Shown piece by piece: positions 1 to 8,419 of a stretch of DNA of 30,684 nt. The stretch's first letter is position 1, and the number at the start of each line of letters is the position of its first letter. The DNA is from a virus (lineage: Duplodnaviria > Caudoviricetes), in IMG/VR virus record IMGVR_UViG_3300020541_000008, positions 1-30,684 of that record; one strand, written 5' to 3'. The notes beneath the pieces were generated by a model. That model saw nothing but the letters and a program-made list of their open reading frames with translations, was not told the DNA's origin and did no database searches. The position numbers were made by a program, and so were the translations under genes.

Positions 1-120
1 ATTGAATGTGAACGTATTAGAATAATTACCGATTAAAGCGTCAACGTTATCCGAATAAATAATGTCTTGAGCAATCAAGTTGCCGTTCTTGATAACATTC
101 AATAACAATCGAGTTTTGAA
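1..120. repeat. Terminal direct repeat copy 1 (circularisation overlap with 30565-30684)
   Basis: Bases 1-120 match 30565-30684 except one substitution (A19 vs G30583); the junction lies inside a continuous reading frame. Confidence 0.97.
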
Positions 121-1143
121 ATAATGCGTCGCGCTTGCGTCGAATGTGATGTCAAGTTGATGCGTTCCGTTATATTCGACGGAATAAAGGCCAGTTGTTC
201 CCGCCTTAATTAACAAGGGATCGGACGTCACGACTTGGTTCAAAGGATCTGTCGCGATTTGTGCGTTCACAACGTCCGACAAGTTAGCGTCAACCCACCA
301 CGTTACGCCCGCGCTTGGTTGATAAGTTGAACCGTTAATGATGAATCCGTTCGCGTTGTTTTCTTCCAAGGCCGTCACCGAATCATTCGCTGATTGCGTC
401 GGATTAATGGTCGGAAAGTCACCGCCATAATAAGCCATTGCGCATTTCTTAAACGCTGGCGATTCAATGAAGTTCGACGACCAAGTGATTCCCACCTTGT
501 CGAATAGCTTCTTCAGGATTCCGTAAACAAAAACTTGTGGCGGTATCTGGTCGCAATTGAACTTGTCCGATGCCGTTCGTGGATAACCGTAATCGATTAA
601 CCCATAATAATAACCAACACCGTCCCAATTCGTTCCCGTCTTAATGGCCGTCGAAATTCCGTTCACTTGGTTGTAACCATTCCACGTTTCGAATTGATTC
701 GCCATTGTCAAGGCGTGATTGTATTCAGAGAAATCAAGTTCGTTGATTTTGATTTTCTTCATTTCGCCGATGTAGTCAATCGTATCGGAAACAAGCGTAA
801 GTTCAAACGTCCATGTTCCATTCACCAGTTTACATTCCTGAAGTTGAGCGATTCCGTTGAATTCAAGAATCCCGTTGTTGTAATAACGTGCCGTCGCTTT
901 CGCGCTTGGATCAAAGTCAAGGAATGCCGAATTCGTTGGTGTCGTTTCGTCGGTGTAAGTCAACAAGAAAATCGAACGAAAGATTGCGCAATTCGACTTC
1001 GTGCCGGGAACGCTAATCGTCTTCGACTTGTTCCCTTTCCTTGATGACACGTCGCGAATGTCGCTAATATTGAAGGTAAGCGGGAACGGCAACGTTTGGT
1101 CGAGTTCAATGATTCGGTTGTTGATGTAAAGTTCGCCAGCCAT
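1..1143 (-). CDS. N-terminal part of a ~768-aa tail tip/baseplate-type structural protein spanning the window junction (continues 30564->29401)
   Basis: ATG at 1143 overlaps the upstream TAA (TAATG); reads MAGELYINNRIIELDQTLPFPLTFNISDIRDVSSRKGNKSKTISVPGT..., in frame with ORF 29401..30672 across the repeat; absent from the ORF track. Confidence 0.85.
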   Translation of the reverse strand, partial: MAGELYINNRIIELDQTLPFPLTFNISDIRDVSSRKGNKSKTISVPGTKSNCAIFRSIFLLTYTDETTPTNSAFLDFDPSAKATARYYNNGILEFNGIAQLQECKLVNGTWTFELTLVSDTIDYIGEMKKIKINELDFSEYNHALTMANQFETWNGYNQVNGISTAIKTGTNWDGVGYYYGLIDYGYPRTASDKFNCDQIPPQVFVYGILKKLFDKVGITWSSNFIESPAFKKCAMAYYGGDFPTINPTQSANDSVTALEENNANGFIINGSTYQPSAGVTWWVDANLSDVVNAQIATDPLNQVVTSDPLLIKAGTTGLYSVEYNGTHQLDITFDASATHYFKTRLLLNVIKNGNLIAQDIIYSDNVDALIGNYSNTFTFN

Positions 1144-2366
1144 TAAACAAGTTGTGAATTGTAATTGTACGTTCTTTCGATGTTCACGGTTTCACGCATC
1201 AAGCCGTCAACGCGTCGTTGCTTTTGTTGATACGCTTCATTCGTGATTCGTACCGGTTCGAATCGTTGCGGTAACGTTTCAAGATAAACCTTCGGCGATT
1301 CGTACAAATCACGCACCAACCAATTTTGAACGCTTTCGTGAATCCAGTCGGAATTCAAAACGAGTTGATCGGTTGCGTATTTATTGAACGCCATATCTTG
1401 CCCGTGGTAAAGCGTGTATTCCCAATCCGTTCCCGTCGTATTCCAATCCCCGCGTTCGCGCTGGTATTCCGACGTTTTGACTTTAGACGTGTTGAGTGAA
1501 ACAAGCGTGAAGGTAAATGAATCCCAACCTCCAAGCTTGTTCAACCAATGAAGTCTCTTCGTGTCGTAGCGGTGACATTCCGTGTCCATGTAGAACGTGA
1601 ACGTTTCCGAATATCCTGAAAAGAACGCAGGCGAATCCGTCGCCTTGACGCGTATCGTGTAGTATGCGCACGCTTGGAAGTTCGTCAACGTCACCGATGT
1701 GTTAGCGATTAGGTTTTGCGGTGCGCAATCAAGAACGCCGATGTTCAGCGCCAACGGAATCGAAAGGTTGTCCGAAGCAATCAACGTATTGGTCGCGTCG
1801 TAAAGCTTCAATTCGAAGTCGGTTGTTGGCGAACCACCACGATTCAAGAACGTCAAGAACGCCGATTCGTAAAGGCCGACGAAATACTTTCGCGCTCGTG
1901 GGAAATCCGTCAAGAACTTGATGTTCCCTGAATTCGGATTCAACCGTGAAACCATGTAATCCAAATGGTCGAAGTTGATGAAATCCGGGTGTCGAAGTGA
2001 AGCATTCCAAGCGCGCTTCGTTGATAACGCCGTGGACAATGACGATTGCAACGTCGGCGGTGTTCCGTACTTTTCGTAAATCTTTATATAAACAAATGAA
2101 ATCGCGGGATCGTAGTAAGTCAACAACGCGCCCGTCGTGACCATGTCAGAAGTTAGCAAACAACGAAGGTCACCGCTTGCGTCGAACTTCGCATAGTTTT
2201 GTGATTCATTGAAAACTTGGTGCGTCGATACCAAGACGAAATCAACGTAAAGTTCAACAATGAAGCTGAAGTTCGGTTGCGCGGTTTGGTCGCTTGACCA
2301 TGACCAAATAAAAGGATTGCAAGCTGGTTGAAAGTATTGCGGTTGTTGGTTTAATGTTATTGCCAT
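1143..2366 (-). CDS. Virion structural protein, probably tail (distal tail-like), 407 aa
   Basis: Long beta-rich ORF with C-terminal WLNKLGGWDSFTF...LxLNSDWI...LYESPKVY motif typical of Bacteroidota phage tail proteins; lies in the tail cluster. Confidence 0.65.
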   Translation of the reverse strand: MAITLNQQPQYFQPACNPFIWSWSSDQTAQPNFSFIVELYVDFVLVSTHQVFNESQNYAKFDASGDLRCLLTSDMVTTGALLTYYDPAISFVYIKIYEKYGTPPTLQSSLSTALSTKRAWNASLRHPDFINFDHLDYMVSRLNPNSGNIKFLTDFPRARKYFVGLYESAFLTFLNRGGSPTTDFELKLYDATNTLIASDNLSIPLALNIGVLDCAPQNLIANTSVTLTNFQACAYYTIRVKATDSPAFFSGYSETFTFYMDTECHRYDTKRLHWLNKLGGWDSFTFTLVSLNTSKVKTSEYQRERGDWNTTGTDWEYTLYHGQDMAFNKYATDQLVLNSDWIHESVQNWLVRDLYESPKVYLETLPQRFEPVRITNEAYQQKQRRVDGLMRETVNIERTYNYNSQLV

Positions 2367-2878
2367 TTTTCGGTTGTCTTTTCAAATTTTATTTCAAAGG
2401 TCAATCCAGTCACTTCGGCCAAATCTTTCGCGATCATGTCAAGAACTTCGTCATTGATGACCGTGTCAGTTATGTTCTTGGGTTTCAACCCTCGTTGTTT
2501 GATGTTCGAAGCAATCGCAAACGCGTGCGACATTTCAAGTCCCTTCCATTCCTGAATCGCCTTCGCCATGTTGTAAGACACGCCCGGATATTGAAACGAA
2601 AAAGCGCTTGCATGATTGACCGCGATTCCGTTCACACCTTGGTCGACGAATTTATAGTAATCGTCCGCCTGAATTTCAAACGACAACGCACCCGTCGGAA
2701 AATAAACAACCGATTGTGCCAGCGCGCCCGTGTTCGAAGCGTTCTGTTGAATGTATTCGCGAAGGTCGGCGGTGACTTTGTTTCCGACGTTTAGAATGAA
2801 TTTTTCGTAAACCGTTTGCGGTTGTTCCGCTTCACCAGCCGACACCCCGAATTCTTCAAGAAAATCGAAGTCAGCCAT
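2357..2878 (-). CDS. Neck/tail-completion protein (HK97 gp10-like)
   Basis: NTGALAQSV...DYYKFVDQGVNG resembles the TGxLxxS...YxxFVExG signature of gp10-like proteins. Confidence 0.55.
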   Translation of the reverse strand: MADFDFLEEFGVSAGEAEQPQTVYEKFILNVGNKVTADLREYIQQNASNTGALAQSVVYFPTGALSFEIQADDYYKFVDQGVNGIAVNHASAFSFQYPGVSYNMAKAIQEWKGLEMSHAFAIASNIKQRGLKPKNITDTVINDEVLDMIAKDLAEVTGLTFEIKFEKTTEKWQ

Positions 2879-3149
2879 GTTTGAAGGATTTCTTGTTTAA
2901 TAAGTATTCTTGTTCGTCTTTTAATTTTATGTAGTTCATCCAGAACAACGTTTTCACATACGGTTGTCGAGTGATTGCGTCAATAGTTGTTCCAAGTTCT
3001 TTTCCAAGTCGTTGAATGATTTTTGTCCATGTGAACCATTCGGCGTCGTTGATAAGCTTTTCATCGCTTGACGTTGATTCATCATCGTCCGAATCGTTTG
3101 AATCGCTAAGATAGCGTCCTTCCGCTTCTCGGATTCGCGCAAAAAAAAA
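2871..3149 (-). CDS. -1 frameshift extension of the upstream gene (lambda gpGT-like C-terminal domain)
   Basis: After GGT TTT TTT TTG (9 T) the -1 frame is open ~90 codons (FARIREAEGRYLSDSNDSDDDE...WFTWTKIIQRLGKELG...PYVKTLFWMNYIKLK...KHG*); its stop overlaps the next gene start. Confidence 0.7.
   Translation of the reverse strand, partial: FFFARIREAEGRYLSDSNDSDDDESTSSDEKLINDAEWFTWTKIIQRLGKELGTTIDAITRQPYVKTLFWMNYIKLKDEQEYLLNKKSFKHG
2898..2916 (-). promoter_or_regulatory. Putative phage late promoter copy (CGAACAA-GAA-TACTTATTA)
   Basis: One mismatch to a motif found four times, always just upstream of a morphogenesis gene. Confidence 0.6.
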
Positions 3150-3661
3150 CCGAAGAAATTCATGAATTCAACCCCGTCGAATTGTTCCTTAAAAGCTTGG
3201 TATCGTTTGTCGTTCGGATTCAAGACACGACCACGCCCGTCTTCTTGACAATACTCAAACCCTTCTTCGACGTAACAAATCGCAAGCGCTTGAACTGGAT
3301 CGGACGCCACGTCGTCAATCAATTTCAAGTCAATGATTTGCCCGGTCGTAACCAATCGGAAATCTTTTTCAAAGACGTAGCGTTGTCCGTTCACCGTGAC
3401 TTGTCCAGTCGGTTCGGCGTAATTATAGGACGCAAGCATTCGCGTTAAATGACCGGATAATTTTTGAACGTCGTCAATGTTCATTTGCTTTACCTTCGAC
3501 ACGGTAAGTCCTGAAAAGATTGAAATCAATTGACATTGAAAATCGAGCATTTGAAAAAGGTCGTCGTCTTGTCTGTTCTTGATGACTTCGGCCAACATCA
3601 ACCATTTGACCAATTGGTCGGGTTTGCATTCGTTCAGCGAAGCGGGCAATTTTACTTTCAT
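2954..3661 (-). CDS. Putative tail assembly chaperone (zero-frame product, ~235 aa)
   Basis: Start at 3661 (MKVKLPASL) overlaps the TerL stop as ATGA; internal FFGFFL slippery run. Confidence 0.6.
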   Translation of the reverse strand: MKVKLPASLNECKPDQLVKWLMLAEVIKNRQDDDLFQMLDFQCQLISIFSGLTVSKVKQMNIDDVQKLSGHLTRMLASYNYAEPTGQVTVNGQRYVFEKDFRLVTTGQIIDLKLIDDVASDPVQALAICYVEEGFEYCQEDGRGRVLNPNDKRYQAFKEQFDGVEFMNFFGFFLRESEKRKDAILAIQTIRTMMNQRQAMKSLSTTPNGSHGQKSFNDLEKNLEQLLTQSLDNRM

Positions 3662-4860
3662 ATTCGTGCGGTGTTGTATCGTCCTTTCATTTTGTTGTTC
3701 TTCAATGAATTCCACGCAAGCGCCAACGACATCACGCCGTCGTCGTGTAGGCCAACGGGTGCGCTATATTGAACGCCTCTTGTGTTTGGGTTGTAAATAT
3801 AGGTAAATGAATCCAATTCGTCAAGCAACCATTTGACATCGTTGACACGAAGCGCCCGTTGTTCGAATGCCAACGCAAGGTCTTCAATCAAGATAGGTTT
3901 CGACTTCGACGTGGTGACGAATGGAACGACCTTGTTCGGTAAGGTCTTTCGAAGCATTTCAAAGAAAACGTCGCCTTGATTGTTCACCTCGACCGTTGTG
4001 ATTGCGTTGTGTTGTCGAATGAGTTCGGCCACCTTGTCAATGATTCGCGACCAGTCGTCGTGACGCCAACGTTCGACGCGAACCATTTGACCGTGTTCGT
4101 TCAAGATAGTCAACACCGTGTAATCGTCCGCGCGTCCGATGTCAAGACCGCCGTACATTCGTGACGTGCGTTCACCTTGACCGATGCAAGACGACACGCC
4201 CTTGAACAAGCCACCAGCGTTATCAAGGAATTCGGCCATGTATTCTTGACGGAACACATGGTCGGGTAATGACCGCCGACGTTCTTCAAGTTCCTTCGGA
4301 TTAATCATTGGATTGTCGAACGACGTGAAATGAAAGTAACGATAACGGTCGTCATAGTTATGCTGAAGGCAAACGCGGTGGAAATGATTCTTGCCTTTGG
4401 GTGTTGAAATGAATATTACCTTTTTACCTTTGACCAAGACGGTCGCGCTTAGTACTTCGTCCCAGAGTTCAGGACGCGTGAAAGCGAATTCATCGACGAC
4501 CATGTAATCGAAGGTATTTCCCCGAATGTTGTCTGGGCGTTCGCCTGAAAAAAATTCAATCGACGAACCGAACCCCGTGATTCGTAAGTCCGACTTGTTG
4601 AATTCGAACAACCCCGACTTCGCCACGGCGCGTTCAAGTTCAGCGAACACCTTCTTTCCTTGTTTGTAAACGGGCGTAATCCAAGCAATCTTTGAACCCT
4701 TGTCGTTGATTGCCCAGTATAAAAGCTGATTGATTCCAAGCATGGTCTTGCCGAACTGGCGACCAATATTCAAGGCGAAGTATTTTTCACGTCCTTGGTT
4801 GATTGCGTTGTGAATGTCAAGCTGGCGTGAATGCGGTCGGTATCCTTTAATCGTTGACAT
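3658..4860 (-). CDS. terL: Terminase large subunit
   Basis: Walker A GRQFGKT, Walker B MVVDE, coupling motif ISTPKG, RNase H-like GLDIG and HDDGVMSLALA; start chosen at MSTIKG overlapping the end of TerS. Confidence 0.95.
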   Translation of the reverse strand: MSTIKGYRPHSRQLDIHNAINQGREKYFALNIGRQFGKTMLGINQLLYWAINDKGSKIAWITPVYKQGKKVFAELERAVAKSGLFEFNKSDLRITGFGSSIEFFSGERPDNIRGNTFDYMVVDEFAFTRPELWDEVLSATVLVKGKKVIFISTPKGKNHFHRVCLQHNYDDRYRYFHFTSFDNPMINPKELEERRRSLPDHVFRQEYMAEFLDNAGGLFKGVSSCIGQGERTSRMYGGLDIGRADDYTVLTILNEHGQMVRVERWRHDDWSRIIDKVAELIRQHNAITTVEVNNQGDVFFEMLRKTLPNKVVPFVTTSKSKPILIEDLALAFEQRALRVNDVKWLLDELDSFTYIYNPNTRGVQYSAPVGLHDDGVMSLALAWNSLKNNKMKGRYNTARI

Positions 4861-5254
4861 CGAAATCGAAGCGTTCGACATTGCGTGTTTCCACTTGTTG
4901 TCGGTCGTGCATTCCAAGCTTGTTCTTTGCGTAGAAAATTCCCTTGCCTTCGTTGGCCACGATGTCACGGGCAAGCGAATTGAAAAAGTCGTCAATGGTT
5001 TTTATAGTGTCGGACAATGGGTGTGTTTCGTCCTTCATTGCATGATACCAGTTGTCACGACAATAAAAATCAAAGTGTTCCCTTCGCAACCAATGGTGTA
5101 AAAAATAAGACACGGTCGGAATGTGTCGTTCCTTGACTTGCTTCACGCCTGAATTCGTCGCGATTTCCTTCGTTGACGCAATGCAGTAGTCGCAATAATT
5201 ATGCGCCATTTGAAGCAATTCATCTTTATCGATGTTGCGGTGTTTGTTTGCCAT
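4847..5254 (-). CDS. terS: Terminase small subunit
   Basis: Directly upstream of TerL; helical protein with GIFYAKNKLGMHDRQQVE C-terminal motif like P22/Sf6-type small subunits. Confidence 0.75.
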   Translation of the reverse strand: MANKHRNIDKDELLQMAHNYCDYCIASTKEIATNSGVKQVKERHIPTVSYFLHHWLRREHFDFYCRDNWYHAMKDETHPLSDTIKTIDDFFNSLARDIVANEGKGIFYAKNKLGMHDRQQVETRNVERFDFDVND

Positions 5255-5273
5255 AAGAATATACTATCCCTTT

Positions 5274-5292
5274 TATTAAGTATTCTTGTTCG
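5274..5292 (-). promoter_or_regulatory. Putative phage late promoter copy (CGAACAA-GAA-TACTTAATA)
   Basis: Exact motif copy 19 nt before the TerS start. Confidence 0.7.
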
Positions 5293-5917
5293 GAAATTCC
5301 GAACGGTTCAATCCTTTGAATTTATTAAACGGTGTCATTCCTTCACCGTCCTTGATGTCAACCAGCAAAAGACCGTTTTCCTTCAGCGTCGTGACGTGAA
5401 CCTTTGCTTTCGCTTGTTTGACGCGTTGCCACGAAATCTTGTCAAGTCCTCGGTCACGCGCCACGTCGAAAAGATTCCATTTGATGCATTCCAAGAATCG
5501 ACGTGAATAAACTTTCCCAGCGCCACATGGTTCACCACGTCGGTTGTTGGTGTAACCCGACCAATAATAAAGACCGCCTTCGTGCTGGAAGTAAATATCT
5601 TTGAATCCGATCATGTCAAAGTCGGGAATGGTTCGTTCGATGTAACGAAGGAATGCTTCGTCGATGTAATCGTCTGAACCCAACAAGACGACCGCATCGA
5701 ATTCGATTTGCTGAAGCGTTCGAATTGCCATGTTCCATTTGTATGAAAGCGGATTGTTTCTGTACTTAGCCATAGCGAAAATGTCTTGCGTTTGAAGAAA
5801 CGCGCCGTCTTCGTCGTTTGAGTAAATGAACACTTTGTCAATGAACGGCATTCGGTTGATGCATTCGGCGACGGTCTTATGTCGGCCATGCATGGCGGTG
5901 ACTGTTATTATTTTCAT
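5276..5917 (-). CDS. GT-A fold (GT2-like) glycosyltransferase
   Basis: N-terminal IITVTAMHGR strand, LSYKWNMAI helix, VVLLGSDDYI (DxD-type), GAG and GLD motifs. Confidence 0.8.
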   Translation of the reverse strand: MKIITVTAMHGRHKTVAECINRMPFIDKVFIYSNDEDGAFLQTQDIFAMAKYRNNPLSYKWNMAIRTLQQIEFDAVVLLGSDDYIDEAFLRYIERTIPDFDMIGFKDIYFQHEGGLYYWSGYTNNRRGEPCGAGKVYSRRFLECIKWNLFDVARDRGLDKISWQRVKQAKAKVHVTTLKENGLLLVDIKDGEGMTPFNKFKGLNRSEFPNKNT

Positions 5918-6396
5918 TTGTTGTTGCTTCGTGTTATTCGTGCGGGATTGCCGACCAATACGGTGTTCGCTTCAAGCGTTGTTTTCTTCGTGATAACGGC
6001 CGACATTCCGACCATACATTTTGCGGGTATCGTAACGCGCTGGTGAATCGTTGCATTCATTCCGATGTTTGTTTCTTCGTGGATTTCAACGAATCCACCG
6101 ATCACCGCTTGCGGTGAAATCGTGACGTTCTTGTGAATGATTGCGTCGTGGCCTATGTGAACGGTCTTCATGATATACGCGCCGTCATCAATGATTGTAG
6201 GTCGTTCCGCGCCCGCGTCGATTGTTGCGTGACCGTGAATCGTGACGTTGTTTCCGATGACCACGCCGAAACAGTCTTGTCCTTCGTGACGTTTCGATTC
6301 CGCTGGTGCGCCGATAATACAGAACGCGCCTATTGTGACGTTGTGTCCGATTGTGACGCCCGGATAAATGACGGCGGTTTCGTGAATGTCATTCAT
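5914..6396 (-). CDS. Left-handed beta-helix (hexapeptide repeat) acyl/acetyltransferase, LpxA/PglD-like
   Basis: Repeated [IV]GxNVT[IV] hexapeptides, HIGHD catalytic-type motif, C-terminal VGNPAR. Confidence 0.9.
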   Translation of the reverse strand: MNDIHETAVIYPGVTIGHNVTIGAFCIIGAPAESKRHEGQDCFGVVIGNNVTIHGHATIDAGAERPTIIDDGAYIMKTVHIGHDAIIHKNVTISPQAVIGGFVEIHEETNIGMNATIHQRVTIPAKCMVGMSAVITKKTTLEANTVLVGNPARITRSNNK

Positions 6397-6763
6397 TGTT
6401 CAGGAAGTTTTCAAGGTCTTGTCGCGTTGTCGATCGTGTCGTCTTGAACCCGCGTTCGATTGCTTCGCGTCGTATTTCGGCGAACGTCTTTTGTTTCGTG
6501 CCAACGAAGTGAAGCTTCGGCGGTTGTTCTTTCATGTGCGGTTCGTTGTTCTCTTGTCGGACGGCTGGTCGAACCTTGTGTTTGTTTTCGTTCAGCTTGT
6601 CCATTGCTATACGAACGCAAGTGTTGCATTGCTTGTTCAGCTTGCCGAATCCAAGCGCTTTGTAGTGAATGGCCAGTTCGTCTTTCAATTCGTCGTTCAG
6701 GTGCGCGTAACGGTGACGACTGAAGTTGTCGAGTTGCGTCAATAGTGAATTACTTATGTTCAT
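6389..6763 (-). CDS. Hypothetical protein with CxxC
   Basis: 124-aa ORF coupled to neighbours; QCNTCV; short helical C-terminal domain. Confidence 0.7.
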   Translation of the reverse strand: MNISNSLLTQLDNFSRHRYAHLNDELKDELAIHYKALGFGKLNKQCNTCVRIAMDKLNENKHKVRPAVRQENNEPHMKEQPPKLHFVGTKQKTFAEIRREAIERGFKTTRSTTRQDLENFLNNE

Positions 6764-6953
6764 AAATCAAGATTAAATCGGAAACAAGATAGGAAATAAA
6801 CGCCAACGGGACAAGCGTCCAATCGACGACAAGATAAATCGTGAGCGCCGTCCAAAAGGACAAACACGATTGACAATTAAACGGCTTGATATTTGGAAGG
6901 TTGAATGACATCAACGCCCGTGCCATTGCCACCGCAATAAGAATGTAAATCAT
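6750..6953 (-). CDS. Small membrane protein with CxxC (DUF1360-like)
   Basis: Hydrophobic segments flank PFNCQSCLSFW. Confidence 0.7.
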   Translation of the reverse strand: MIYILIAVAMARALMSFNLPNIKPFNCQSCLSFWTALTIYLVVDWTLVPLAFISYLVSDLILIYEHK

Positions 6954-7374
6954 TTTTAAATTGTTTTATTGTTTTATGAATAGTATCAAGGGAAATCCCG
7001 GTCAATTCTTTGATGTCCCTGAAGGTCATTCCGCAAAGGTGCATTTTCGTGATTTCCTTGATGAATGGATCGCCTTCGTTTGAATGAAGGTAAGCGTCAA
7101 GGCAATCGCTGAATTCGTTATTCGAAGGCGAATTGAATTCTTCGGCCATGTCACCGATTTCGTCGGTATTCGTTCGATACGTTCGCCAAAATTCCGAACG
7201 TTGCCAATTCCATTCGTTGTAAGCGAACCGCGCAAATATAGCGGGAATGTCTTCGTCCTTGAAATTGAATCGATGCATTCGAATGTAAAGGTGATGTACA
7301 AGGTCGGCGTGAAGTTCATGATTCGAAGTCACCTTGCGGGCAATGTCGTAAGCTTCACGCGACCAGAAAATCAT
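6877..7374 (-). CDS. Sigma-70 ECF-like factor / late transcription regulator
   Basis: Region 2-like HADLVHHLYIRM and region 4 HTH GMTFRDIKELTGISLDTIHKTI; start 7374 overlaps the upstream stop (ATGA). Confidence 0.75.
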   Translation of the reverse strand: MIFWSREAYDIARKVTSNHELHADLVHHLYIRMHRFNFKDEDIPAIFARFAYNEWNWQRSEFWRTYRTNTDEIGDMAEEFNSPSNNEFSDCLDAYLHSNEGDPFIKEITKMHLCGMTFRDIKELTGISLDTIHKTIKQFKNDLHSYCGGNGTGVDVIQPSKYQAV

Positions 7375-7580
7375 TTCGAAAAGTGTTTGAACCAAGCAAT
7401 GAAGAATTCTTCGCCGACTGGACGTCCCTTCATGAATCGGTAAAGCATCGAATAGGAAACCTTCATGTCTTCGGCAAGGTGTGTCATTTTATACCTTGAC
7501 GACAAACGGTCTTCGGTCGTTGTCCGCATGAAGTCAACAATCGTTGAATCATTAGAAAGGTAAATCGTCATCGTCTTCAT
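7371..7580 (-). CDS. Small Cro/XRE-like HTH protein
   Basis: MTHLAEDMKVSYSMLYRFMKG helix-turn-helix; start moved to MKTMT, overlapping the end of the SSB gene. Confidence 0.65.
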   Translation of the reverse strand: MKTMTIYLSNDSTIVDFMRTTTEDRLSSRYKMTHLAEDMKVSYSMLYRFMKGRPVGEEFFIAWFKHFSK

Positions 7581-7890
7581 TCGTTGCTTTTGTTGGTGTT
7601 GGTGTTGGTTCGCTGGATAATTGAATCGACCACGCTTCGACCGTGTTGAAATACTTCGTTGTTCCTTCAGGCGACGTCCATTCACGACCGCGAAGGTTGT
7701 ACGATACCTCGACAACGTCCCCGGTGTTTAGGTTTCGCACAAGGTCGCATTTGTCGTTCACGACTTGAAAGGTCAAGAATTGCGGATAGTTCGCATCGAA
7801 CGTTTTTATTGTGAAATCTTGCTTTCGGAATTTGTCCGAAATTGTTTGTAATGGCGTCACGTTGACGACCGTTCCTTTTTCTTTGTTCAT
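7552..7890 (-). CDS. Single-stranded DNA-binding protein (DUF3127 type)
   Basis: FRKQDF...YPQF...GDVVEVSYNLRGREW...YFNTVEAW and acidic DDDDLPF tail. Confidence 0.9.
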   Translation of the reverse strand: MNKEKGTVVNVTPLQTISDKFRKQDFTIKTFDANYPQFLTFQVVNDKCDLVRNLNTGDVVEVSYNLRGREWTSPEGTTKYFNTVEAWSIQLSSEPTPTPTKATNEDDDDLPF

Positions 7891-7892
7891 AT

Positions 7893-8114
7893 TTAGTTGT
7901 TTAAATTTACATTGTGTTCTTGAATAATCGAATGGAATGAATCCCGAATCCGTTCAACCATTTTGAATTGTTCTTCGGTTAGTTCTTCATATTTCCATAG
8001 CCGTCGAAGTTCTTGTTGAACGTCCCACAAACACGCGAACATTGCGTCGGCCTGAACGGCGTTTTGCCATTCGTATTTGTCTTCAGGAAGGTTGAATTCA
8101 ATCGTTGCTTTCAT
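7893..8114 (-). CDS. Hypothetical phage protein
   Basis: 73-aa ORF starting MKATIEFNLPED, abutting SSB. Confidence 0.75.
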   Translation of the reverse strand: MKATIEFNLPEDKYEWQNAVQADAMFACLWDVQQELRRLWKYEELTEEQFKMVERIRDSFHSIIQEHNVNLNN

Positions 8115-8212
8115 ATTATTGTGATTTGGTTAATTCGTGCAGTAAATTGCACTATATTATACATCCATTGGTTTTTCTTTTTTACTTAAATTAAATAGTG
8201 TATTTTAACGCA

Positions 8213-8419
8213 CTAATCATGTCCGAATGTTTTTTGAATGTATTCGTTCGCGTCACCGTTGCACCCTTGATTCCATTCGCCGTTTTCGTAAGCGTTGACG
8301 ATTTGTTGTCGTTCAATTTCAAGCGCATCATCAAGCGTCTTTTGCACCCAAGGAATGTGTTGCGCCATGACTTTGAGTTCAAGCGCTTCGATGAGTTGTT
8401 CCATTGCGGTTTGTTTCAT
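8213..8419 (-). CDS. Hypothetical phage protein
   Basis: MKQTA...ERQQIVNAY pattern; ATGA overlap with the exonuclease gene. Confidence 0.7.
   Translation of the reverse strand: MKQTAMEQLIEALELKVMAQHIPWVQKTLDDALEIERQQIVNAYENGEWNQGCNGDANEYIQKTFGHD

Noticed and set aside
1-120. Biological direct terminal repeat (T7-like)
   Set aside because: It interrupts a gene mid-frame; an assembly overlap of a circular or permuted genome is simpler
4861-4995. N-terminal extension of TerL (likewise the longest starts given for the 6877, 7371, 14067, 16758, 17854 and 19483 ORFs)
   Set aside because: They overlap neighbouring genes extensively; internal ATGs coupled to upstream stops fit better
5914-6396. 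True lpxA
   Set aside because: 160 aa and lacks the C-terminal helical domain of LpxA; substrate cannot be assigned
8115-8212. AT-rich gap with small inverted repeats (GTGCAGTAAATTGCAC) and 9- and 17-codon ORFs
   Set aside because: Too short to support a call; could be a decayed gene remnant
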